Counted from the first letter of the stretch, positions 1 through 10,744 are shown. The stretch: DNA of 64,000 nucleotides from Candidatus Nomurabacteria bacterium (GCA_037134695.1 JBAXLU010000001.1:11551-75550), one strand, 5' to 3'. The notes: a model not told the origin generated them from the sequence alone. Made by a program: numbers and translations.

Positions 1-184
1 TTTTTCCTGTGTCCCTTCGTAGCATAATCGCGAAGTGGGATCTGTAACAATTTTTTCTGTTTTATAATTCTCGTACTAATCTCAATTTTATTCTAATCGA
101 ACCAACCCAGATACATTTTACCAGCTTCGGGTTATAATTTCTCTAACTCCTAATTTATCCCGCCAAGGCGGTGACTCCTAACTC

Positions 185-1144
185 CTAAATTATTTCCCTA
201 ATCCCTTCTTCTAATGTAACAATTGGATTCCACCCAAGAGCATTTTTTATTTTTGTATTATCACCGACAAATCTTCTGGGTTCTATTCTTGGTGCAATAT
301 GAATTATTTCTGCATTTGCATTATTTTTTTCTCTTATAATATTTGCCACCAAATTAGCAATATCAATAACTTTGCTTTCAATACCAGAGCAAACATTAAA
401 TACTTCGCCTCGCACCTTTTCCTTATCAATATTTTCTAAGATTTTTGTATTCGCTTTTACAACATCATAAACATGTATGAAGTCTCTGGTCTGCTCACCA
501 TCACCACAAATTGGCATCGGGCTATTATTTTTTGCTTCTTTTATAAATCTTCCTATGGCTGGCGCATAACTGCCACTGTCATGTTGATCAGGACCCCAGA
601 CATTTGAATATCTCACACAAGTTACATTTATTTTATATAAATCATTATAAAGTTTACCAAGTTGTTCGTCTATAAATTTGCTTAATCCATAAGGGTTTTC
701 TGGGTGAGTCGCATCATTTTCATTTTTTAAGCCATCTATACTTCCATAAACTGCTCCTGAACTTGTTAAGATAACATTATTACAGCCATTATTTCTTGCA
801 GATTCTAAAACATGTAAAGTTCCTTTGATATTAGTATCAAAAGCTTTTAATGGGTTATTTATACTGTTTGGTGAACTTATAAAAGCTGCCAGATGAATTA
901 CTCCGTAAGCATTATTAAAAATAGGGGATATTTTTTCATAATCCAAAATATCTATTTTATGAATATTATTTTTAATAAAATTATCATCAAAATACTTTAA
1001 TAAAATATCGTTCGATATTTTCTCACCAGTAAATTCATCCATCAAAAAATCAATCACATGCACTTCATAATTTTTCTCTAAAAGAGATTTAGCTAAATGT
1101 CTCCCAATAAATCCTGCACCACCAGTAACTATGATTTTTTGCAT
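185..1144 (-). CDS. NAD-dependent epimerase/dehydratase (extended SDR, GalE-like)
   Basis: TGGAGFIG Rossmann motif, YGLSK (YxxxK), GDGEQTRDF. Confidence 0.9.
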   Translation of the reverse strand: MQKIIVTGGAGFIGRHLAKSLLEKNYEVHVIDFLMDEFTGEKISNDILLKYFDDNFIKNNIHKIDILDYEKISPIFNNAYGVIHLAAFISSPNSINNPLKAFDTNIKGTLHVLESARNNGCNNVILTSSGAVYGSIDGLKNENDATHPENPYGLSKFIDEQLGKLYNDLYKINVTCVRYSNVWGPDQHDSGSYAPAIGRFIKEAKNNSPMPICGDGEQTRDFIHVYDVVKANTKILENIDKEKVRGEVFNVCSGIESKVIDIANLVANIIREKNNANAEIIHIAPRIEPRRFVGDNTKIKNALGWNPIVTLEEGIREII

Positions 1145-1147
1145 AGT

Positions 1148-2473
1148 TTAAATCCCACTTTTACTTAAAAGTACTTTAAAAGTTTTAAGAATTATTGCGA
1201 TGTCTAACATTAGATTACTGTGTTCAAGATAATACATATCATAAGCAAGCTTTGTTGACGTTTGTTTAATGTCTATACCAAACTTCGGTGCCTCATGTTG
1301 TTGTACTTGTGCCCAACCAGAAAGTCCAGGACGAACCATATGTCTTATATTATAAAATGGAATAGTTTTGTTATATTCCTCTACAAGATTTGGTGATTCA
1401 GGGCGGGGGCCAATTAGTGATACATCACCATGTATCACATTCCAAAGTTGTGGTAATTCATCTAGTCTTGTCTTTCTTAAGAAACCCCCAACTTTACTTA
1501 TTTTTTTTGTTTCATTTAATTCGTTAGCTTTTTTATCTTCCATTGATCTAAATTTATATATCGGAATTAATTTACCGTGTTTACCTACACGATTATGAAT
1601 AAAGAAAATATTTCCACCATCATTTATTTTTATAGCTAAAATTACAAATGGATAAACAATAAGAGAAACTATAAAAGCCGGAATAGATAAAATTAAATCA
1701 ATAAATCTTTTTGCGCTGTCATATCTTTGAGAATTACTAATATAACGGAATACCCATTCTTGATTTATCAAATTAAGAGGGACCATGTCAAAGACGTCCT
1801 CATAAACGTCTACTATATCTAGCACAGCTTGACCTTCCTGTATCTCATTATAAAGATCTCCGAAATATGGCTTGATTCTATCATCACGCATATCGACAAT
1901 TACTGAGTTTGGTTTTGTTGTTCGAAGTACCGTACCCAAGCTTTCCATATTATATGTATCAACATCAATTGTTGCTATTAAGGTAATCCCAGTGTGGGGG
2001 TTTCTTGTTAGTTCTTCGACAAGATTTTTAAAAGCATCACCACTACCAACTAATATACTTTTTTGTTTTTTATAACGTAGAACTATAGAAAATGCGAAAT
2101 TTCTCCAAATACTTATTAGAATAGAAGAAATTATTATGTACAGAAGAAGAATTGTTTTAGGTGCAATTCCGAGCGTTGGAAGTGAATAGAAAATAATGAC
2201 AGCGCCAAGAGCTGAAAGTATTTGACTTGTTAATATTCTCTTACTTAGCTCCCTTATAATCCTTAATGTCGGTTTATCATATAGTCCATAACTATAAAAT
2301 ATCGCGACGCTTACAGCAATTACAAGAGAAAAAGATGGAATAAAGCTAATAAAATCAAGGAAATTAGGTATTTCTCTAGTACGTAAAAAAAGTGCCCCGT
2401 ATAAAGATAAAAATAAAACGCTACAATCCACAATAAAAAGTAAAAGTCGTCCAGGTGTATGTCTTATTATCAT
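1148..2473 (-). CDS. Polyprenyl-phosphate glycosylphosphotransferase (WcaJ/WbaP-type sugar transferase)
   Basis: N-terminal TM helices, KRFIDL, YKFRSM, RLDELPQLWNV, GPRPE, RPGLSGWAQV. Confidence 0.92.
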   Translation of the reverse strand: MIIRHTPGRLLLFIVDCSVLFLSLYGALFLRTREIPNFLDFISFIPSFSLVIAVSVAIFYSYGLYDKPTLRIIRELSKRILTSQILSALGAVIIFYSLPTLGIAPKTILLLYIIISSILISIWRNFAFSIVLRYKKQKSILVGSGDAFKNLVEELTRNPHTGITLIATIDVDTYNMESLGTVLRTTKPNSVIVDMRDDRIKPYFGDLYNEIQEGQAVLDIVDVYEDVFDMVPLNLINQEWVFRYISNSQRYDSAKRFIDLILSIPAFIVSLIVYPFVILAIKINDGGNIFFIHNRVGKHGKLIPIYKFRSMEDKKANELNETKKISKVGGFLRKTRLDELPQLWNVIHGDVSLIGPRPESPNLVEEYNKTIPFYNIRHMVRPGLSGWAQVQQHEAPKFGIDIKQTSTKLAYDMYYLEHSNLMLDIAIILKTFKVLLSKSGI

Positions 2474-2507
2474 ATATGTTAATATTACTTATATTACTAC
2501 TGTTAGC

Positions 2508-3611
2508 ATGAAAATACTATATCTCATAACAAAGTCGAATTGGGGAGGTGCACAAAGATATGTTTATGATTTGGCTGTAGCCTTTAAGTCTAAAGGATGT
2601 AATCCAATTGTGGCTTTTGGTGGACACGGACTTTTGGAAGAGAATTTAAATAAGGCTAATATTAAAACTGTATCTTTGAATAGTTTAATTCGTGATATAT
2701 CTTTAACAAAAGAAATTTTTGTAGTTAAAGAAATATATTCACTCATTAAAAAAGAGAAGCCAGATATTGTTCATCTTAATAGTTCTAAAGCGTCTGGCGT
2801 GGGGGCACTGATAGCTAGAATTTTAGGAGTTAAGAATATTATTGTAACCATTCACGGTGCACCATTTCGGGAAGATAGAAATATTATTTTAAAGAAAATT
2901 ATTTATTTTCTTACTTGGGTTACCTGTCTTTTGTCACATACAGTCATAACTGTCAGTAAACAAGATGAAGCTGATATAGGTACAATGTTTTTTATAAAGA
3001 AAAAATTAAAAACAATTTATCTTGGTCTCACTTATGACCCACCGCTAACTCGTATTACTCCAAAGTCTAAGGTCGTAAGAATAATTACTGTTGGGGATCT
3101 TACAAAAAATAAAGGCCATTTGTTTGCTTTACATGCTATTGAAAAATTAAGAGATAATAATGTTCCTTTTCATTACACAATTGTTGGAGAAGGGGAGGAA
3201 AGAAAAAGTTTAGAAGAATTTATTGCTTTTAAAAATTTAGGGGAATTTGTTGACCTGTTAGGCTATCAAGACGCTCGCTCTATTTTACATGAGTATGATT
3301 TATATTTACTTTCTTCTGTAAAAGAAGGATTGCCTTATATTTTACTTGAGGCTGGAAAGGCAATGCTTCCCGTAGTTGCCACAATAACAGGAGGTGTTCC
3401 TGAAATTATAAGACATGAAGAAACTGGTCTATTGGTTCAACCAAAAGATGTTGATTCTTTGACAAAAGAATTAAAGAGGCTTATTTCCGATAGGAAAATT
3501 GGCAAAAAGCTTGGACAGGGTTTACATGCTCATATTGTTCAGAATTTTTCACACAGTAAGATGTTGGTAGAAACTGCAAAGGTTTATGGCTTGATAAAAT
3601 CTAAAAAATAG
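2508..3611 (+). CDS. Glycosyltransferase family 4
   Basis: WGGAQRYV N-terminus, EGLPYILLEA (ExxxxxxxE) motif, GGVPEII. Confidence 0.9.
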   Translation: MKILYLITKSNWGGAQRYVYDLAVAFKSKGCNPIVAFGGHGLLEENLNKANIKTVSLNSLIRDISLTKEIFVVKEIYSLIKKEKPDIVHLNSSKASGVGALIARILGVKNIIVTIHGAPFREDRNIILKKIIYFLTWVTCLLSHTVITVSKQDEADIGTMFFIKKKLKTIYLGLTYDPPLTRITPKSKVVRIITVGDLTKNKGHLFALHAIEKLRDNNVPFHYTIVGEGEERKSLEEFIAFKNLGEFVDLLGYQDARSILHEYDLYLLSSVKEGLPYILLEAGKAMLPVVATITGGVPEIIRHEETGLLVQPKDVDSLTKELKRLISDRKIGKKLGQGLHAHIVQNFSHSKMLVETAKVYGLIKSKK

Positions 3612-3628
3612 TGTATAATTCCACAACT

Positions 3629-4267
3629 ATGATGCAAATCACCACAGCGCCACGCGCACCAAAAGAAACAAAGAAAGATGGTTTTATTCCAGCTGTATAT
3701 TACGGCGCACAACAGGCCTCAACTCCTATTTTTATAGATTTTATTGAATTTAAGAAGGTTTTAGCAGACGCTGGTGAATCAAGTTCAATTACTCTTATTA
3801 CAGAGCATGGTAACGAAGTTGCTATGATTCAAGATGTTCAGCTTGATCCAGTAAAGGGTAACGCTGTGCATGCAGACTTTTACATTCTTAAAAAGGGACA
3901 AAAAGTACACGTTAAAACCCCAATTATTTTTGTTGGAGAGTCACAAGCTGTTAAAGAAGGTGGTGTGCTTGTAAAAGTAATGTATGAACTTTCTGTTGAA
4001 GGAGATCCAACTAAACTTCCTCATGAGTTCTCTGTAGATATTTCTGCTCTTGTTAATAAAGATAGTGTTATTCATGTAAAGGATTTGATTCTTCCAGCAG
4101 GTGTTGAGCTTTATCATGTAGATCCTCTAGATGCTGTTGTTTCTATTTCAGTTGCTCAGGAAGAAATTGCGATAGATGCTCCAGTTGCTGATTTATCAAC
4201 TATTGAAGTTGAAGCTAAAGGTAAGAAAGAAGGCGACGCGGAAGAAGGTGGAACAGACGCAGAATAA
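3629..4267 (+). CDS. rplY: 50S ribosomal protein L25/Ctc
   Basis: IPAVYYG, HADFY, GGVL motifs; start moved to ATG 3629 just after a TTGATA-17-TATAAT promoter. Confidence 0.93.
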   Translation: MMQITTAPRAPKETKKDGFIPAVYYGAQQASTPIFIDFIEFKKVLADAGESSSITLITEHGNEVAMIQDVQLDPVKGNAVHADFYILKKGQKVHVKTPIIFVGESQAVKEGGVLVKVMYELSVEGDPTKLPHEFSVDISALVNKDSVIHVKDLILPAGVELYHVDPLDAVVSISVAQEEIAIDAPVADLSTIEVEAKGKKEGDAEEGGTDAE

Positions 4268-4345
4268 CGCGGAAAAATTCAAAAAAATACTAAAAGCGCG
4301 ACCTTCGGTCGCGTTTTTGTATTTTAATTGAAAATTGGAAATCAA
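4235..4345. repeat. CGCRGAA tandem arm + AAATAC-hairpin-GTATTT core + AATTG-type arm; the arm overlaps the rplY C-terminus and stop
   Basis: gacgcggaa...gacgcagaataacgcggaa; hairpin aaaagcgcgacc-ttc-ggtcgcgtttt; aattgaaaattggaaatc. Confidence 0.7.
4292..4320 (+). terminator. Intrinsic terminator after rplY
   Basis: GC-rich stem GCGCGACC/GGTCGCGT followed by a T tract. Confidence 0.75.
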
Positions 4346-4413
4346 AAACCTGCCTCGCCGGCAAGGCGGGTTAAAAATTCCCCCGCCTCAAGCAGGGATG
4401 CTATACTATATGT

Positions 4414-5766
4414 ATGAGAAATCGTTTCGCTATTTTTGTTTTTGCTATTTTATTTGCACTTGTACCTATACAAGGAAATATACATGTTTTTGCTCAAACA
4501 CGAGCAGAGCTTGAAAATGATTTGGCAAATTTGGAAGCTCAAATAAAAGCCTTAACAAACAGTATTACGGAAACAAAACAACAAGGAGTATCACTTAAAA
4601 ATGATATTTCTGTTTTAGCTAAAAAAATTGAACAAAGTAAATTAAAAATAAAAGCTCAAGATGCAGCCATTGCAAGACTTACTCAAAATATTTCAGAAAA
4701 AGATAGGACATTGAATTCTCTTAATGACAAAATGGATAGAGAGAAGGACTCTCTTGCCCAGATTATGAGGAAGACAAGATATTTAGAACAATATTCTTTG
4801 CTTGATTTTGGTCTTCAGTCAGATAGTTTGTCTACTTTCTTTTCTGATGCAGATTCCTTCTCCACTCTTAATCGTGCTTTAACTAAAAGTTTTGAAGATA
4901 TTCGTAATACAGAAGATGAGATAAACCAAGTTAAAATTCAGCTTGAAGATTCAAAAGATGAAGAAACTCAAAAGAAATTAGCCCAACAAGCTGTAAAAAA
5001 ACAAGTTGAATTAAATCAAAAAGAAAAAAATAGTTTACTTACTATTACAAAAAATCAAGAAGCGCAATATAAAAAAGTTTTAGCTGATCGTGAAAAAGAA
5101 GCAGCCACAATACGAGGAAGATTATTCGAACTTCGTGACGCTGGAAGTATTTCTTTTGGACAAGCTTATGATTTTGCTCTAGTTGCTAGTAAATCAACAG
5201 GCGTTCGCCCGGCACTTATCCTTGCAATTCTAATGCAAGAGTCTTCTTTGGGTATTAATGTTGGGGCATGCTATCTTCGTGATTATTCTACTGGTGACGG
5301 TGTTGGTATAAAAACTGGTGATATAAAAAGACGTGTAATGCATCCAACTCGTGATGTTCCAGTGTTTACGTCATTCCTTGGTAAACTTGGACGTGACCCA
5401 CAACAAACACCGGTCTCTTGCTGGATACCAATGTACAGTAAAGGAAGTCCAAGTGGATGGGGTGGAGCAATGGGTCCGTCACAGTTTATTCCGTCCACAT
5501 GGCAGCTTTTTGAAAATAGAATTGAGACTATAACAGGAGCCTCTGTTGCTGATCCTTGGAAACCATATCATGCAATTACCGCCACTTCTCTTTATTTGGC
5601 TGATTTAGGTGCAGTTACAGGTAATGAAGTGTCTGAAAGAAATGCTGCATGTAAATATTATTCTGGGAGGTCTTGTTCATCCTCATCTGCCGGTGCTGGT
5701 TATGGAAATTCCGTTATGAAAAAACTTTATAGTATGCAGGCAGATATCGACAAGCTACAAAGATAG
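4414..5766 (+). CDS. Secreted coiled-coil protein with C-terminal lytic transglycosylase (SLT/MltB-like) domain
   Basis: Signal peptide, long PcsB/CwlO-like coiled coil, ILMQES catalytic Glu, GAMGPSQFIPSTW. Confidence 0.82.
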   Translation: MRNRFAIFVFAILFALVPIQGNIHVFAQTRAELENDLANLEAQIKALTNSITETKQQGVSLKNDISVLAKKIEQSKLKIKAQDAAIARLTQNISEKDRTLNSLNDKMDREKDSLAQIMRKTRYLEQYSLLDFGLQSDSLSTFFSDADSFSTLNRALTKSFEDIRNTEDEINQVKIQLEDSKDEETQKKLAQQAVKKQVELNQKEKNSLLTITKNQEAQYKKVLADREKEAATIRGRLFELRDAGSISFGQAYDFALVASKSTGVRPALILAILMQESSLGINVGACYLRDYSTGDGVGIKTGDIKRRVMHPTRDVPVFTSFLGKLGRDPQQTPVSCWIPMYSKGSPSGWGGAMGPSQFIPSTWQLFENRIETITGASVADPWKPYHAITATSLYLADLGAVTGNEVSERNAACKYYSGRSCSSSSAGAGYGNSVMKKLYSMQADIDKLQR

Positions 5767-5838
5767 TCTATAAAGTTGAAAGTCTATAAAGTGGTTGCGA
5801 AATTCCTTTTAACCTTAAGGACTTTATATACTTTTGAC
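5765..5838. repeat. Inverted AAAGT/ACTTT tandem-arm element
   Basis: gtctataaagttgaaagtctataaagt ... ggactttatatacttttgac. Confidence 0.65.
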
Positions 5839-5879
5839 TGGTTGCAGGATGCAACTAAATATGTTATTATAGGCCGACT

Positions 5880-6086
5880 ATGAAAGCAGATATTCACCCA
5901 ACATATTATACAAACGCTACAGCAACTTGTGCTTGTGGTGCCACTTATAGTGTTGGTTCAACACAAGAAAAAATAGAAGTTGAAATCTGTCAGGCTTGCC
6001 ATCCATTCTATACAGGACAGGATAAAGTACTTGACTCTACCGGCCGCGTTGATAAGTTTAAGAAGAGAATGGCTGCTAAAAAGTAG
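5880..6086 (+). CDS. rpmE: 50S ribosomal protein L31 (Zn-binding type)
   Basis: MKADIHP, CAC, CQACHPFYTG, GRVDKF. Confidence 0.97.
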   Translation: MKADIHPTYYTNATATCACGATYSVGSTQEKIEVEICQACHPFYTGQDKVLDSTGRVDKFKKRMAAKK

Positions 6087-6193
6087 TCCATCTACTTTGT
6101 TGTGGAGCCTCTTTCGCTCGTCATCGTACTATTAAGTACGTCTCCTCGCTCACTTCTCCACGCCTCGTATCTGAACCATTTTTAGCAGCCATT
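6068..6193 (+). repeat. Palindromic element (CATCTAC/CCTCGTATCT family), copy 1, overlapping rpmE stop
   Basis: 15-bp terminal IR aatggctgctaaaaa/tttttagcagccatt; conserved core motifs; apical GTAC-loop-GTAC. Confidence 0.85.
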
Positions 6194-6257
6194 ATGGCTT
6201 GCTTTTTGGTATACTACAAAGCATCTAACTTTCAACTTTACGAACTTTATAAACTTT

Positions 6258-7226
6258 ATGGACTTATCTGACTTCAAATTAAATCCTCGCACAACATATC
6301 TCGCACAAGAATACGAGAGACTTTTAAATGCAAAAGAAGAAGCCGAAACTTTACTCGCCGACGATTCAATGAAAGAATTAGCTGAATCAGAAATCGCTAC
6401 TCTTACTCCACAATTAGAATCACTTTGGAAACAAATGGAAGAGACGGCAGAAGTTGCAAAAGAAGTAGAGGCTGCACCCAAGGCAATGATATTAGAAATT
6501 CAGGGTGGGGCAGGGGGTGATGAATCATCACTCTTTGCGGCTGAGCTTGCTTTAATGTATCAAAATTATGCAGAACAGCGTGGTTGGGGATGGAATAAAT
6601 TAGATGAATCTGTATCGGACGTTGGTGGATACAAAGATGTATCTTTTGAAGTAAAAGGAAAAGGTTGTTATGAAGCGTTAAAATTTGAAACTGGAGTGCA
6701 TCGTGTTCAGCGTATTCCAGAAACAGAAAAGAATGGTCGTGTACACACTTCAACAGTTACAGTTTCTGTAATGCCAATTCGTGCTACAACAAAAGTAAAT
6801 ATTCCAGCTAGTGATTTGGAATTCGAAACATCTCGCTCAGGTGGTGCCGGCGGACAGAATGTTAACAAAGTTGAAACTGCTGTGCGTATTATTCACAAGC
6901 CGACAGGTATTGCTATTCGCTGTACGATTGAGCGTTCTCAGTTAAAAAATCGCGAGCGTGCACTAGAAATGCTTCAAGCAAAATTAGATCAGCTTGCCCA
7001 AGAAGAAGATGATAAGAAACATTCAGATGAGAAACGTTCTCAAGTAGGAACGGGGGATAGAAGTGAAAAGATTCGTACATATAATTTTCCACAAGATAGA
7101 ATTACCGATCACCGTATTCGTCAGTCATGGCACGGGCTTCCAAAGATAATGGAAGGTCAAATGGGTCCTATAGTTGAGGCACTACAGAATTTTACCGGTG
7201 AGTTCGGAACAGACGAGGAGGAATAA
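6258..7226 (+). CDS. prfA: Peptide chain release factor 1
   Basis: GVHRVQRIPET (PxT motif), GAGGQNVNK, SEKIRTYNFPQDR. Confidence 0.96.
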   Translation: MDLSDFKLNPRTTYLAQEYERLLNAKEEAETLLADDSMKELAESEIATLTPQLESLWKQMEETAEVAKEVEAAPKAMILEIQGGAGGDESSLFAAELALMYQNYAEQRGWGWNKLDESVSDVGGYKDVSFEVKGKGCYEALKFETGVHRVQRIPETEKNGRVHTSTVTVSVMPIRATTKVNIPASDLEFETSRSGGAGGQNVNKVETAVRIIHKPTGIAIRCTIERSQLKNRERALEMLQAKLDQLAQEEDDKKHSDEKRSQVGTGDRSEKIRTYNFPQDRITDHRIRQSWHGLPKIMEGQMGPIVEALQNFTGEFGTDEEE

Positions 7227-7276
7227 TGTAAAGCAAAATATGGTATTATTATATATATAAATAATAATTTTTAACC

Positions 7277-8026
7277 ATGTACTATATCATTCTTGTCGTC
7301 ATTGTTCTCCTCGGGCTTTCCCTCCGTGTTGTTAAAGAATATGATAGAGGGGTCATTTTCTTTTTAGGTAAATGTACTGGCGTGAGAGGTCCTGGACTTA
7401 TTATTCTTATTCCTATTTTTGAACAAATGACAAAGGTTGCACTTCGTACCATTACGATGAATATACCTTCTCAAAAAATTATTACACGCGATAATGTGTC
7501 TATAGATATTGCTGCAGTTGCTTATTATCATGTTGTTGATCCACAAAAGTCAGTTGTTGCAATTGAGAATGTGTATGATGCAGTAAATCAGATTAGTCAG
7601 ACAACAGTGAGAAATATTGTTGGACAATTTCAACTTGATCAACTTCTTTCACAAACAGTAGATATCAATCAACAAATTAAATCAGTCATCGATGCACACA
7701 CAGAACCATGGGGAGTAGAAGTGACGGCTGTTGAAATTAAAGACATTACATTACCTGATAATATGCAACGTGCGATGGCAAAGGAAGCAGAAGCAGAAAG
7801 AGAGAGACGAGCAAAGATAGTAGCAGCACAAGGGGAATTTGAGGCCGCGGTGAAGCTCGGAGAAGCGGCAGATATCATTTCTCTTCATCCTGTAGCACTT
7901 CAACTGCGCACACTACAAACTATGGCAGAAATTAGTGTAGAAAAGAATTCAACAATTATTTTCCCAGCACAGTTTATGACGACCGTTAATGAAGCAATTT
8001 CTATGATACGAGGAGATGTGAAGTAA
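7277..8026 (+). CDS. SPFH/stomatin (slipin) family protein
   Basis: N-terminal [31 protein letters not shown]. Confidence 0.93.
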   Translation: MYYIILVVIVLLGLSLRVVKEYDRGVIFFLGKCTGVRGPGLIILIPIFEQMTKVALRTITMNIPSQKIITRDNVSIDIAAVAYYHVVDPQKSVVAIENVYDAVNQISQTTVRNIVGQFQLDQLLSQTVDINQQIKSVIDAHTEPWGVEVTAVEIKDITLPDNMQRAMAKEAEAERERRAKIVAAQGEFEAAVKLGEAADIISLHPVALQLRTLQTMAEISVEKNSTIIFPAQFMTTVNEAISMIRGDVK

Positions 8027-8033
8027 TAAAAAT

Positions 8034-8462
8034 ATGAATTATATTATAAGTATTTTACAATATTTTCGATTGATAATTATTGTATTATTGTTTTGCAGTC
8101 TTATAATCAGTTTTGTAACAAATATGTCTTTTCTCGTAAAGATAGGTTTATTGAGAAGTAAACTAAATGAATTATTTCCTGGAAAATTTGATTTTACTTA
8201 TTCTAATCTTTCATTTAGTGAAAGGTTCTTTAAGGAGATTAAGGATAATCCATCAAGTAAATTAAATAATAATTTTTTCTTTTGGAATAAAGTAGAAAGT
8301 TGGTATTTCCCTGGAGTTGATATGTCTAGTATTAATGATACTGAAGCACAAGAAAAATATATTAGTTTAAAAAATAGCTATAAACTTACAAAGTTCTTTC
8401 ATCTTTTATCAATAATTTTATTTATATTAAATTTTATCAGTATTTTATTTTTACTAAATTAG
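8034..8462 (+). CDS. Hypothetical membrane protein
   Basis: 142-aa ORF with two hydrophobic segments, very AT-rich. Confidence 0.6.
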   Translation: MNYIISILQYFRLIIIVLLFCSLIISFVTNMSFLVKIGLLRSKLNELFPGKFDFTYSNLSFSERFFKEIKDNPSSKLNNNFFFWNKVESWYFPGVDMSSINDTEAQEKYISLKNSYKLTKFFHLLSIILFILNFISILFLLN

Positions 8463-8644
8463 TTTTTTAAGTTTAAATACAACAGATTGTAATCACTTCC
8501 CAAATAAGTGAAAATGTGCTATATTAAACCCGATTCATCCAATCGGGCAAATCAGGATTTGGACACCTGAGCATAACTTTCGAGCATCACTGACGCGTAC
8601 AAAACCTTGTACTTATGAGAAAGAGGAATAGATTTATTTTGCGA

Positions 8645-8696
8645 ATTAGTTATTTGTATTTACTAATAACTAATAACCAATAACTAAAAACTACCC
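8645..8696. repeat. TAACT-type heptamer array after GTATTT, in rpsB leader
   Basis: gtattt-actaataactaataaccaataactaaaaacta. Confidence 0.65.
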
Positions 8697-8742
8697 TAAT
8701 GTGGCACGAGTAAATGTTTTTTATTAGTTTACTTAATTAAAT

Positions 8743-9420
8743 ATGTCAAAAATAACAAAAGAAGCTTTAGCTTCTGCTGGTTTACAATACGGCTACTCAC
8801 GTACTCGTCGTCACCCATCAGTAAAGCCATTTATAGAAGGTAATCACAATGGTGTTGATTTTATTAACCTTGATTCAACAGCCCAGCAATTAAACGATGC
8901 TATTACTTTCCTTAAGTCTGTACAAGGCGCAGGTAAGACTATTCTTTTCGTTGGAGTAAAGCCAGAAATTCGCCAAATGATAAAAGAAGTTGCTCTATCA
9001 TTAAATGCTCCTTATGTAGCAGAAAGATTTATCGGTGGTACTCTTACTAATTTTCCACAAATCAAGAAGCGTATTGAAAAACTTCATGACCTATTGAAGA
9101 AAAAAGAAACAGGGGAGCTTGCTGTTTATACAAAGAAAGAACAGCTTTTGATTCAGCGTGATATCGATCGTTTGGACCGTGACTTCGGAGGTATTTCTTC
9201 ATTAACAAATATACCTGCAGCAATTGTAATGATTGACTCTCGCCATGAAGATATGTGTGTTAAGGAAGCTAAAATTCTCCACATTCCTGTGGTTGCGCTT
9301 TGTAATACTGACTGTACAATAGAAGGTATCGAATACCCAATACTCGGAAATGATGGATCAGTAAGTTCTGTTCGATTTGTTCTTGAATCAATCAAGAACG
9401 CTCTTCAAATAGAAGCGTAA
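8743..9420 (+). CDS. rpsB: 30S ribosomal protein S2
   Basis: ILFVG, RFIGGTLTNF, IPVVALCNTD, PILGND; upstream of tsf. Confidence 0.96.
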   Translation: MSKITKEALASAGLQYGYSRTRRHPSVKPFIEGNHNGVDFINLDSTAQQLNDAITFLKSVQGAGKTILFVGVKPEIRQMIKEVALSLNAPYVAERFIGGTLTNFPQIKKRIEKLHDLLKKKETGELAVYTKKEQLLIQRDIDRLDRDFGGISSLTNIPAAIVMIDSRHEDMCVKEAKILHIPVVALCNTDCTIEGIEYPILGNDGSVSSVRFVLESIKNALQIEA

Positions 9421-9436
9421 GCATCGCATTAGTATT

Positions 9437-9481
9437 GTATTTGCATTTACTATCAACTATTAACCAGTAACTATCAACTAC
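9437..9481. repeat. TAACT-type heptamer array after GTATTT, directly before tsf start
   Basis: gtatttgcattt-actatcaactattaaccagtaactatcaacta. Confidence 0.65.
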
Positions 9482-9485
9482 CCAT

Positions 9486-9953
9486 ATGGATACTATAAAA
9501 GAACTTCGTGAGGAAACAGGATTATCATTTGCACAAATTAAGAAAGCTCTTGATGAAGCAAATGGAGACAAAGAAAAGGCACGTGCTGTCCTTTCAGAAT
9601 ACTCTGCAGCTCAAGCAGAAAAGAAGGCTGACCGTGAAGTGGCAGCTGGCGTTGTCTCAGCTTATATTCATGGAAATGCTACAATTGGTGTTCTATTAGA
9701 GCTTGGTTGTGAAACTGACTTCGTTGCAAAGAATGAAGAGTTCGTAGCTCTTGCAAAAGATTTAGCTATGCATGTATGTGCTATGTCACCAACTTCAATT
9801 GATAATGAAGATGGTTTAGGAGAAGAAACAGCTTTACTTAAGCAAGCCTTCATTAAAGATCCTTCTATGACTGTAGAGCAAAAAATTCAAGCTGCCGTAC
9901 AAAAGTTTGGAGAGAACACAAAAGTGATTAAATTCACACGCTACGCCATCTAA
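9486..9953 (+). CDS. tsf: Elongation factor Ts (short form)
   Basis: IKELREETG, CETDFVAKN, QAFIKDPS; follows rpsB. Confidence 0.95.
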   Translation: MDTIKELREETGLSFAQIKKALDEANGDKEKARAVLSEYSAAQAEKKADREVAAGVVSAYIHGNATIGVLLELGCETDFVAKNEEFVALAKDLAMHVCAMSPTSIDNEDGLGEETALLKQAFIKDPSMTVEQKIQAAVQKFGENTKVIKFTRYAI

Positions 9954-9969
9954 GGCTTAGCAAAAAACC

Positions 9970-10362
9970 ATGCTTATCTATATTTTATTTATAAGTGGAC
10001 TAGTATCAGCTCTTGGGGCTGTTTCTATTGTTCTACTTCAATTTTATAAGATTAAGAGTGGACAAATAGTCGTCGATGAAAGTTTTGATGGACCAAAGCA
10101 AGTATATGCAACTTTAATTGTTATACTTAGATATTTTTTGCGCCGCACAGTTTACTTTCGTAAATTTGTTATGCAATATGCACTACATATAATCGTTAGA
10201 GGTATGTTTTATTTAGATAAAGGTTTTTCAAAACTTTACGCTGTATCTCGCGATATGTTTGTAAAAAATGCAGTTAGAAACAGAGGCACTGTCCCACATT
10301 TTTGGAATCACTTGAAGGTTTATAAGCAGGAGATGGATAAGGAAAAAGAGAATAAAGACTAG
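9970..10362 (+). CDS. Hypothetical membrane-anchored protein
   Basis: 130-aa ORF with N-terminal TM. Confidence 0.65.
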   Translation: MLIYILFISGLVSALGAVSIVLLQFYKIKSGQIVVDESFDGPKQVYATLIVILRYFLRRTVYFRKFVMQYALHIIVRGMFYLDKGFSKLYAVSRDMFVKNAVRNRGTVPHFWNHLKVYKQEMDKEKENKD

Positions 10363-10489
10363 AATATATTATATAATATTTAGTCCAAAAAAGATGACAA
10401 ATAACCTATTTTATGATAGGATATTGTAACGTTATTCTAGATATTTGACTGTTGTCTTATATCTGTTATCTAACGTATTTTTCTTTTTT

Positions 10490-10565
10490 GCCGCTTTAGC
10501 TCAGTTGGTAGAGCAACGGTTTTGTAAACCGTAGGTCCTCAGTTCGAATCTGAGAAGCGGCTCCA
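10490..10565 (+). tRNA. tRNA-Thr(TGT)
   Basis: Full cloverleaf, ACGGT-TTTGTAA-ACCGT anticodon arm, GTTCGAATC T-loop, encoded CCA. Confidence 0.97.
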
Positions 10566-10744
10566 TAAATAATGGTGGTAGCCTTATTTATTGCCGATTC
10601 AACAAATCAGCCTGCGCTGATTTGTGGCAGATTCGAATGGGCGCAGTGATGTTTCGCTAGCAAGCGAAACCACGAGCGGCGGGCTGCGAGTCTTGTGAGC
10701 GACGGCGAACAAGAACTTGTAGCCGAATCTGAGAAGCGGCTCCA
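10566..10744 (+). mobile_element. tRNA trailer element (core A) ending in a 21-bp direct copy of the tRNA-Thr 3' end
   Basis: 10724-10744 identical to 10545-10565; core shared with 53158-53341. Confidence 0.75.
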
